This document shows, one piece after another, positions 28,560 through 38,300 of a DNA stretch of 64,000 bases (position 1 is its first letter; every line of letters begins with the position of its first letter). Position numbers and translations under genes: made by a program. Source of the DNA: an uncultured bacterium. Lineage in GTDB: Bacteria > Hydrothermota > UBA3072. The stretch lies in NCBI GenBank assembly GCA_964523975.1, contig CAZGBM010000001.1:6116-70115 (forward strand), in the 5' to 3' direction. The notes below the pieces were generated by a model, which saw nothing but the letters and a program-made list of their open reading frames with translations, was not told the origin of the DNA and searched no databases.

Positions 28560-29345
28560 ATGAATTTCTTTTTATGTTTATCAGGTTACGAAAACGAAAA
28601 CGATATACTGCCGAAGCTTGAAGAATTAAATGTAGGGATTGAGCTGCAAAGCTATGGTCTGAAAGGAGTTACCTCTCCCCTACTCTGGGAAGAGAAAATG
28701 AAACAGCATAAAAAAATAATAAAAAATTTTTCCGGAAGGATTGCAATCCACGGACCATTTGCAGGTATTCAATATACACACAGAGATTATCTGTTTAAAA
28801 AAGCCGTAAAAAATAGAATGCAACTTACATACGAAATGGCAAAAGAATTAAAACCGGAAATTTTAGTTTTTCACAGCGGAATTATAGGAAATATTAAAAG
28901 ATGGAAATTAGAAGATTTTTGGCTGGGAGAGACGACAAAATTCTGGAAAGAAGAAATAAAAAAATATAAAAAAGAAGGAATCAAAATAGTTATCGAAAAT
29001 CTGGTCGAAGAATCACCAGATATTCTGATAGAACTCTGTGATGCAGTTAATAGCGAATTTTTTGCTCTCTGTTTGGATATTGGACACATGAATGTTTTCT
29101 CCGAATTATCACCATCTGATTGGGTCGAAAAAATGGATAGGAGACTCCAATATGTACACCTTCACGATAATAATGGTAAAAGTGACGAACACTTACCCGT
29201 AGGTAGGGGTAACATCGATTTTGAAAGTTTTTTCAATAGTATTAAAAATACCGGAAATGATATCATTATTGCACTTGAACTCGATAATTCAACTCTGGAA
29301 GAAAAGATCAAAAACCTAATCAAGGTTATGAATAAGTATACATAG
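28560..29345 (+). CDS. Sugar-phosphate isomerase/epimerase (xylose-isomerase-like TIM barrel)
   Basis: 261 aa; metal-ligand motifs LDIGHMNVF and VHLHDNNG. Confidence 0.6.
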   Translation: MNFFLCLSGYENENDILPKLEELNVGIELQSYGLKGVTSPLLWEEKMKQHKKIIKNFSGRIAIHGPFAGIQYTHRDYLFKKAVKNRMQLTYEMAKELKPEILVFHSGIIGNIKRWKLEDFWLGETTKFWKEEIKKYKKEGIKIVIENLVEESPDILIELCDAVNSEFFALCLDIGHMNVFSELSPSDWVEKMDRRLQYVHLHDNNGKSDEHLPVGRGNIDFESFFNSIKNTGNDIIIALELDNSTLEEKIKNLIKVMNKYT

Positions 29346-29373
29346 ATCTCATATTTACAGAAATAAAAAAACA

Positions 29374-30027
29374 ATGTTAGATAATGGTTCTATACATAAT
29401 CGTCAAGCAGAACATTACGATGAAAAAATTAAAGGAGATGTCAATGATTATCTCAGAGAAAATTACTTCGAAATCCTTGATAGAGTCGTAACTCTCGCTG
29501 ATCTTAAAAAGGGGATGCGAGTTTTAGATATCGGAGTTGGGACTGGTTTATTAACTGAAAGATTACCCAAAGGTTTATCGAACTTCGGCATCGACATTTC
29601 CGAAAAAATGTTAGAAAAAGCAAAAGAAAAGAATTTACCAATTAAGCTTCAGAAAGGTGATTTTTTAAATATTCCATTTGTCGATAATCGATTTCACAGA
29701 ATAATCAGCACTTTTGCCTTTCATCACTTATCTTCTAAAGAGAAAGAAAAAGCTTTCACTAAAATGGATTGTGCCTTACTTAAAAACGGAATTATTGTCA
29801 TCGGTGACTTTATGTTTAAAGATGAAAATCAAAAGAATGAAGTCATCAATAAATTTAAGAAGGAAAACAGAAAAGACATGCTGCTTGAAGTAGAAGATGA
29901 ATATTTCATGGATATAAGTAGTGTAGAAAAGGTCTTACGCAATCTAAATTACAATGTCATCTATGAAAGAGCTTCGGTACTTACCTGGATACTAAAAGCA
30001 AAAAAAGTAGTTGACAGTCCACCTTAA
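29374..30027 (+). CDS. Class I SAM-dependent methyltransferase
   Basis: 217 aa; motif I VLDIGVGTGLLTERL. Confidence 0.65.
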   Translation: MLDNGSIHNRQAEHYDEKIKGDVNDYLRENYFEILDRVVTLADLKKGMRVLDIGVGTGLLTERLPKGLSNFGIDISEKMLEKAKEKNLPIKLQKGDFLNIPFVDNRFHRIISTFAFHHLSSKEKEKAFTKMDCALLKNGIIVIGDFMFKDENQKNEVINKFKKENRKDMLLEVEDEYFMDISSVEKVLRNLNYNVIYERASVLTWILKAKKVVDSPP

Positions 30028-30069
30028 AAACTTGACAAACTGATTTACTCAGCCTAAAATCTAATAAAT

Positions 30070-30687
30070 ATGAAAACCGAAGATTCATATAATAAAAAAT
30101 ACTCAGGAAAAGATTATTACTGGGGTAAGAATCCTTCCTCTATAGCTATAAAGCTTACAGAATTAATTTCAAAAATAAATTATAACGGCAGTAAACTAAT
30201 AGACCTTGGATGCGGTGAAGGCAGAGATGCTGTTTTCTTCGCAAAGAAAGATTTTGAAGTACTTGCAATAGATATATCTGAAAAAGGGCTCGAAAAAACA
30301 AAAATGTATGCCAAAGAAGAAGGATTGAAGATTAAAACTTTAAAAAATAATATCATTGATTATTTATTAGAAGAAAAATATGATATTATTTTTTCAACTG
30401 GAGTTCTACATTATTTGCCTCCAGAGCAAAGAACTGAAAAATTTGAGAACTATAAAGAATTTACAAACGCCGGTGGAATCAACGCCTTTTCTGTTTTTGT
30501 AAAAAAGCCATTTATCAAAAAGGCACCTGACGCCGACCCGAAAGCATATTCCTTTAAATCCGGAGAAATAATGACATACTATTGGGACTGGGAAATACTA
30601 TACTGCGTGGAAGAAATATTTGATTGTAATTCCAGTAATATTCCACACAGACATGCAGTAAATCGAATCATAGCAAGAAAACCATAA
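30070..30687 (+). CDS. SAM-dependent methyltransferase, TehB-like
   Basis: 205 aa; LIDLGCGEGRDAVFFAKK motif I. Confidence 0.65.
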   Translation: MKTEDSYNKKYSGKDYYWGKNPSSIAIKLTELISKINYNGSKLIDLGCGEGRDAVFFAKKDFEVLAIDISEKGLEKTKMYAKEEGLKIKTLKNNIIDYLLEEKYDIIFSTGVLHYLPPEQRTEKFENYKEFTNAGGINAFSVFVKKPFIKKAPDADPKAYSFKSGEIMTYYWDWEILYCVEEIFDCNSSNIPHRHAVNRIIARKP

Positions 30688-30690
30688 ATC

Positions 30691-31473
30691 ATGAAGAAAG
30701 TCGACTATTCTCAGATTTTCTCAAAGTATGAACTTGATCCATTACGTCAAAAAATAATAGGAAATACTCTTATTAAAACACTCAAGAAAAATCATTCACA
30801 AAAAAATACTTTTAGAATAATAGATATCGGATGTGGAAGCGGAAGTTGGTTAAAAGTGAATTTCAATAATTTAGTTAATTACAAAAATATAAAATGGTTT
30901 GGGATTGATAAATCTAAAGAAATGCTTTCATTAGCAATAAATAAAATCTCCAATATAAATTGGATTCAAGCTTCAGCTAACGCATTGCCACTACCTTCTG
31001 ATTATTTCAATTTCGCAATAACAGAGTTTACCTACCATCATTTTGAAAATAAAGAAGTTTCTTTCAAAGAAATGTATAGGGTAATAAAAAAAAAGAGCAC
31101 CCTAGTAATCCGAAATATAGAACCCTGGAAGATGCAGGACTGGAGTCTATATCATTTTTTCCCGGGAGCAAGAAATTCCGATTTAGAGAGATTTTTGAAG
31201 CCGAAAATTCTAAAAGCCATCCTGAGTAATATAGGCTTTACGAAAATAGAGATACATTTCCAAATTATACATGGAAATTTATATGAAACAGTCGATGAAT
31301 GGTTCAAAATAATTAAAAATAGAACGCATTCCCAACTTAGGATTATAAGCGATGAAGAATATCAAAACGGAATCAAAAGAATCTCGGAACTATTTCTAAA
31401 TAAAAAGGAAGAATTAGAAGAAATTCTTTCTAATGATATTTCAGCCATAATTGAAGTAAACGCTATAAAATAA
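30691..31473 (+). CDS. Class I SAM-dependent methyltransferase
   Basis: 260 aa; IIDIGCGSGSW motif I. Confidence 0.65.
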   Translation: MKKVDYSQIFSKYELDPLRQKIIGNTLIKTLKKNHSQKNTFRIIDIGCGSGSWLKVNFNNLVNYKNIKWFGIDKSKEMLSLAINKISNINWIQASANALPLPSDYFNFAITEFTYHHFENKEVSFKEMYRVIKKKSTLVIRNIEPWKMQDWSLYHFFPGARNSDLERFLKPKILKAILSNIGFTKIEIHFQIIHGNLYETVDEWFKIIKNRTHSQLRIISDEEYQNGIKRISELFLNKKEELEEILSNDISAIIEVNAIK

Positions 31474-31490
31474 TTTCGGCATTATTCAAA

Positions 31491-31756
31491 GTTATTAGTG
31501 AGTGGGTGAGTTGGTTAAAAAACGGACCAACCGACCCACAGGCCAACGATTTAAAATCTCTTTGTCCTCTGTGTCTCTGTGTGAAAATAATTGGGTGTTG
31601 TGTGGAGGGTTTTTTAACAACAATAATGTTTTTTCTTTGTGTTCTTTGCGGCTTTGTGTGAGAATAACTTGGGGTGGTGGGTTGGGTTTTAAACAACAAA
31701 ATATCTTTTTGTTTTTTCTCTGCGGCCTTTGCGCCTCTGCGGTGAAATATTTTTTT
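31491..31756. repeat. G-rich modular tandem repeat (about 2.5 units of ~80 bp)
   Basis: Units of ctttgtgt(c/t)ctctgtgtgagaataa plus ttggggtggtgggttgggttttaaacaacaaaata. Confidence 0.6.
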
Positions 31757-31757
31757 A

Positions 31758-32165
31758 TTATTCAATAACCTGTATAACCATTTTCCTCGAACGTGGGCCG
31801 TCAAATTCACAAAAAAAGATTCCCTGCCATCTGCCAAGGTCAATATCTCCGCCCGTAACCGGAATAAAATCCGAACTACCTATAATAGAAGCTTTAATAT
31901 GACTATCTGCATTTCCTTCCGAATGTGAATATTCTGCTCCGGGAGGAACAATGTCCGACAATTTACTTAAGATATCATTTTTCACCGATGGGTCGTAATT
32001 TTCATTTATTGTAACCGCGGCAGTTGTATGCGGCACATATAAGTGGACATAACCATCCTCTACCCCACTCTCTCTAACAACTTTTCTCACTTTCTCAGTC
32101 ACATCTACAAACTCGTTTCTTCTGTTTGTCGAAACGGAAATTTCCGCTCTCTTTTTTATTCCCAT
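31758..32165 (-). CDS. YjbQ/UPF0047 family protein (secondary thiamine-phosphate synthase-like)
   Basis: 135 aa; HTTAAVTINENYDPSV and GRWQGIFFCEFDG motifs match the YjbQ family. Confidence 0.8.
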   Translation of the reverse strand: MGIKKRAEISVSTNRRNEFVDVTEKVRKVVRESGVEDGYVHLYVPHTTAAVTINENYDPSVKNDILSKLSDIVPPGAEYSHSEGNADSHIKASIIGSSDFIPVTGGDIDLGRWQGIFFCEFDGPRSRKMVIQVIE

Positions 32166-32252
32166 TTATTCCTCCTTTGATTGAAATAATTCTTATACAA
32201 ATTTATTTTCCTGTCAAGTGCGTACAGAAAAATCGAATAATCTTCAGCCACC

Positions 32253-32281
32253 TTGACATACAATCAAATTAAAATTATATT
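32253..32281 (+). promoter_or_regulatory. Sigma70-type promoter TTGACA-17-TATATT for the giant C25 peptidase gene
   Basis: ccTTGACAtacaatcaaattaaaatTATATTtt; AAGGAG RBS at 32330-32335. Confidence 0.45.
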
Positions 32282-32340
32282 TTAGTCTTACAAAAAACAA
32301 GATTCTTGTAATATTAAAAAATTTTCAATAAGGAGATTGA

Positions 32341-35300
32341 ATGAAAATTTTATGTAAGAAAGAGGTGATATTTCTTTTCTTTTTCGCATTAATTGCCTCA
32401 GCCGGCGTCATACAAAAAGAATTAACTTTTGATAAAAACGACATTTCTTTTGCCAAAATTGACAAGTACGACTTTATAAGATTAAAAGGATGCGAGTCGA
32501 CTGTAGAGACAGGGGCTCCTTCTCTTCCGAGAGCATCTTTTTCTCTTTTAATTCCTCAGGGTGCGGAGGTTATAGATGTTGAGGTTATTTCCGTCGATAA
32601 AGAAGTAATTAGCGGAGAATATGATATTTATCCAACTCAACATCCTCAGCCTTTCATAAAAGGTAAAGTCTTCCCATTTGTTGAACCTGACAAGAATATT
32701 TACACTCAGGCTACCCCATATCCCGAAAAAATTATCGAGTCTTCTCACACCGGCTCAATGAGCGGCTATAGACTTGCAAGTTTACTGATTTATCCAATAC
32801 AATATATACCTAAAGATAAGCAGTTGATTTTCTATTCGAGAATAAAGTTCAGGGTTACATACAAAGAGAACGTACGTTCGTTGAATACGAAAACAGAGAA
32901 ACAAAAAATGATATTTGAAGAAAGAGTCAAAAAATTAGTCCTCAATCCCGAAGATATCGGAATGTCCGAGCCTTCCGTCGGACTTAGCGGAAGTCTGGCA
33001 TTACTTTCGGATACGGTGGAATATGTGATAGTAACCACATCTTCGCTCAAAGAACCTTTCCAGGAACTTGCGGACTGGAAAACGAAGAAAGGGATTCCTG
33101 CGAGGGTTGTAACTCTTGATTCCATCTATGCGAATTATTCAGGTGTAGATAATGCCGAAAAGGTAAGGAATTTCATAATCGATGCTAATTCATCCTGGGG
33201 AACAATCTGGGTTCTTCTCGGCGGGCAATGCGACTATGAATGGGGACAGGAAATCGTTCCGAGAAGGAATGTCTGGTATGTAACCTCAGGTGGTGGAAAT
33301 TATAACGATGAAGATACCATTCCATCGGACCTTTATTTCTCCGACCTTGACGGGAACTGGAATGCGGACGGAGATGGTGTATTTGGTGAATCAACCGACG
33401 ACGTTGACTTCTATTCGGACGTGTTCGTGGGAAGAGCTCCTGTTCGAACTTTAGCTCAGGCAGAAATTTTTGTTAATAAGGTTCTCACTTACGAAAAAAA
33501 TCCTCCCAGTGGTTATCAAAAAAAGATACTTCTGCCTGCAGCCTATCTATGGCCATTTATATACGATGAGAGGACCTCACAGGAGGCAATTTCCAATATA
33601 GTTCCTTCGGACTGGCAGGTTACAAAGATGTACGAGCGGGACGGAAATTTAATCCACTCGACTTTTGTTGATTCGGTTCGCGCGGGATTCGGGTTCGCTC
33701 ATCTCATAGGACACGGCAACGAGTATGGTGTTTATACTTATTACGCCGATGCTTATATTAATTCCGATGACATGGATGCTCTTGGTAATGGCGATTTGCT
33801 TGGTATTCATAACTCTATAGCCTGTATGTCCGGCGGGCTTGACCTTGTGCCTGACGGAGACTGCTTTGCAGAACATTATCTGACTCCAAGTACAGGCGGA
33901 AGTTTCTCCATTATGAATTCAAGGTATGGCTGGGGACAACCCCCAAATATGGGACCTTCGGAGCATATCGACACCTGTTTCTACCATGAAATATTCAGAG
34001 AAAATTATCTTTATCATGACCATATTGGTGTAGCACACGCCTTTTCGAAAGACGGCTACGTACCTCAAGTTACCTGGTCATCTCTCTGGCCGTGGTGCAT
34101 TTATGAGTTAAATCTATTCGGAGACCCGGAAATGCCTTTATGGACGGATACTCCTGCTAAATTAACCGTAACTCATGACTTCGTAATACCCGTTGGCGGC
34201 AGCAGCTTTGCTGTGAATGTTACAGATGGTGGCTCAGGTGTAGAAGACGCGCTTGTTTGTTTATATAAAGAGGGAGAAGTATATGAAAGAGGATACACCG
34301 ATGCTTCAGGTAATCTTACCTTAACTCTATCTCCGCCTCCCGCTTCTCTCGGTTTAATGTGCTGTACGGTTACAAAAAGCAATTACCTTCCCTACGAAGA
34401 TAGTGTGGATGTTATTTCTCCTTTTGGTCCCTGGGTTATTTTTGATAGTTATTCAGTATTGGACATATCCGGAAATAATGATGGCAATGTTGACCCAGGA
34501 GAGAATATTAAGTTGTGGCTGATAGTACATAATGTAGGTCTTGATACTGCTTATAGTATCACGGGTATTTTGCGAACGACTGATTCTTATGTCATCATTG
34601 CTGACTCAATGGAAGGATTCGGAGATATCCCGCCCGATTCATTCTTGAGCAGCTTAGAGGACTTTGACTTTGATGTGGCACTGGAATGTCCGGCAAACCA
34701 TGTTATTACTTTTGAGCTCGTTGTTAGAGATATAAACGATAGTACCTGGGTTAGTTGTTTTTCTGTGCCTATATCAACGCCAGATATAACCGTTTCTGCC
34801 GACACCATAATTTTCGATACAGTATTTGTAGATTATTCTGATACATTGGAACTTCTGGTAAATAATATTGGTAGAGATACCTTAGTTATAAGTGATATTA
34901 CATCTGACAATATCGATTATTCCATTGATATTACTGGCTTTAATTTACCCCCAAATGAAAGTCAACCAGTAAGGGTGATATTTGCTCCGGCTTCTGAAGG
35001 TAGCTCCACTGGTAATCTGACTGTTGCGAGTAACGATTTAGATGAACCCAGCTTAACAGTCTTCTTACGGGGAGAAGGTTTAGAGCCGCCTGATATATCT
35101 TTTTCACCCGATTCCGTGAGTGATAGTTTATTTGCAGGTGAAACGACTACCCATACTTTAACGATTTATAACACGGGAGAAAGTGAACTTAATTTTGATA
35201 TATCGATTATGGAATTACTATCAACAACAAAAGCACCAAATATAAGTTTTAAAGTCACCGAATTCAAAAGCAATAAAATAGCAATACCTGACGAGAATTC

Positions 35301-38300
35301 GGGAACGGTAAATGAGTTTGGAGCGAAATTTTCCAAGCGGATTTACAAGAGTAGCGCGCCTACTTTAGCTTTAGAAAATATACTTGTTATGGAAAATGGT
35401 CCGGGTTCATATCATTATAATACAGCTCTGGATAATCTTGGACTATCAAGGACACTTGTAACTTACTGGGACGAATTGCATATGGAACTCAACAGTGGAA
35501 CCCAGTGGGAGCTGGTTATTGTTAATTCCTATAGCAATATACCTTCGAACGAAATACTTGATTTGCTCAATGATTATCAAGCAGAAGGTGGACTTTTAAT
35601 ATATGCCGATTGGGCTCTTTACAACTATTCTTCGCACTCTTTACTTACAAGTTTAGGTATCGGTTTCGTTTCGGATTTTACAACGCCTTTAAACTTCTAT
35701 GCCGTCAATACCGGGCATGTACTTTTTAATAATCCGAATGATATAGACAGTCTATACTGGACAGATAACCAGTATAACAGAGATGCTGAGATTGTTGACG
35801 TTCTTCCTGGTGCGACTCAACTGGCTTATCTCGAAGGTTATCCTGACAATGGAGCAATAGTGCTTAATGCGAGAAAGAACTGTCTGTTCAATGCTTTTCA
35901 GTCAATGAACTTTAACGTAGATGATGATGGCGATGAAAAACTCGACATTGTTGAACTTATAGAGAATGAGATTAGGTTCCTTTCGATGCGCTGGCTTTCG
36001 GTTGATCCATTCTCTGGCACCATTCCATCAGCCGATAGTGTACTTGTAGAAATTACATTTGACGCTACCAACCTTTATGGAGGGAACTACTTTGCAGATA
36101 TTATCATTACCAGTAATGACCCGGATGAGCCGAGAGTTAGGGTTCCTGCTCATTTGCATGTAACTGGGGTGCCTGATATTTCTGTTTCGGAAGACACCTT
36201 AAATTACGGTATTGTTTTCACTGGTTATTCTGCAACTGACACATTAATTATTGAAAATGTCGGGACCGATTCACTGAGTGTTAATGACATCTCGTCTGAT
36301 AATCCTGATTTTACTGTAGATGTAACTAATTTTACCTTGGACCCCGGAAAAACGCATGGTATTGTGGTAACCTTTACGCCCGGCTCACTGGGAATGGTTA
36401 CGGGAACCTTGACCATCGATTGCGATGATCCGGATGAGCCAACTATAGATATTGCCTTACAGGGGGAATGTTTAGAACCACCGGACATATCGGTTTCGCC
36501 TGATTCTTTGAGAGATAGTCTGTTTACGGGCGAGACTTCAACCCATACTTTAACTATTTATAATACTGGCTTAAGTGAACTGATTTTTGATATTTTGATT
36601 GAAGGAGAGGGCGAGGCGGAACCTCTGGTATCTCTGAATACAAGAATGTCTATAGAGGACAAGAAGATAAATACTACGGGACCTCAAAAAAGTATAAGCG
36701 GTGAAACTGCTGCCGTAAATCAGTCAAATAGTCCTGTTCAATTATACAAATCTTCAAAAACAAGGGGAACGCAGGATATCGCGATACTTGGACCGGATGG
36801 CTCCGACAGTAATTTATATCTTGATGATATAGCTCGGTATTTGATAAACTCGGGGCAATTTTCTTCAGTAACAACTATAAATGGATACCTGGTTACCCCT
36901 ACCTTAGCTGAACTGAAAACATTTGATGCAGTAGGTGCCTTTGGTTGGTATGGCTGGAATGACGCAGTTGCTGTTGGTGATATACTGGCGGATTATGTTG
37001 ATGCAGGAGGTAATCTTTTTATTGCCTTTGCAGCAAATGGAACCGGAGGCGATTGGATGATTGAAGGTCGGTTTGATACTGAAAATTATTGGTTGATTTC
37101 TCCATATTCTTATAATGGAGGAACTTCCTATCATATGGGTAACGTTTATGAACCAGATCATCCCATTATGGATGGGGTAAGTACGTTAATTTCAAGATCA
37201 AAATTGAACAGCGGAACTTCTGTTAGTCCCGGCACAACTTTACTGGCGGAGTTCCTAGATGGAACACCGCTTGCCGCTATTAATAAAGTAGGATATAGCC
37301 GACGTGTTGATATAAGTTTTCCGTTTTTCACCTCCGCTGTAAGTAATTGGGGAATAGATACGACCTCGGACACAAAACTGTTGATAATCAATGCACTTGA
37401 TTGGGTTATGGGTTCTGACTGGCTTTCCGAAAATCCCACCACAGACACTGTTCCCCCAGGTGATAGCGTAAAGATAGAAATAACTTTTGACGCAACTGGC
37501 CTATACGGTGGTGATTATTTTTCAAACATCATTATTGCCAGTAACGACCCGGACGAGCCGGGAGTTGTTGTTCCCGCTCACTTACATGTAACAGGAGTGC
37601 CCGATATAGATGTTTCAGAAGATACTTTAGATTACGGTATTGTTTTCGCTGGTTCTTCTGTTACCGATACGTTAATCATTTCAAATAAAGGAACCGATAC
37701 GCTAACAATAAGTAATATTGCAACTGATTACTATAATTTTATTATTGATACTACAAATTTTACCTTAAATCCCAAAGAATCTCAGAAAGTTCTGATAACA
37801 TTTACACCAATCTCACTGGGAACGATTATAAGAGTCTTAAGGATTTATTGCGATGACCCGGATGAATCAACTGTAACATTATTTCTGCGAGGGGAATGCT
37901 TAGAACCACCGGATATATCGGTTTCGCCTAATTCTTTGAATGATACTCTATCCGAAGGTGAAATATCCAGACATATTTTGGCGATTTATAATACAGGTGC
38001 AAGTGATTTGAATTTTAACATTACGATTGAGAAATCGGATTCATCTGGGGTAAAATCGGCAAAAAATAGCAAACAGCCTATAGCCTTATCTTCCTCTGTT
38101 ATTCGTGAGTCTTCTATATTAAGCCTCGAAGAGACGGCCGAACATACACCTTTTGATTTCCACAGTACTCCTCGTCAATTTGCTCCACCAATGATATTTA
38201 GAGATAATTTTGAAGATGGCAATTATGACGGCTGGCTTAGCGGAGAAGGCTCAGGTACAAAGGAAGTTACGAATTCTACAGCCGCTAATGGAACAGTATA

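Noticed and set aside
31491-31756. Possible CRISPR array (regularly spaced ~30-40-bp G-rich repeats, also at 50690-51036)
   Set aside because: Repeat copies are degenerate rather than identical, the 'spacers' are themselves repeated modules shared between loci, and no cas genes are present anywhere in the window.
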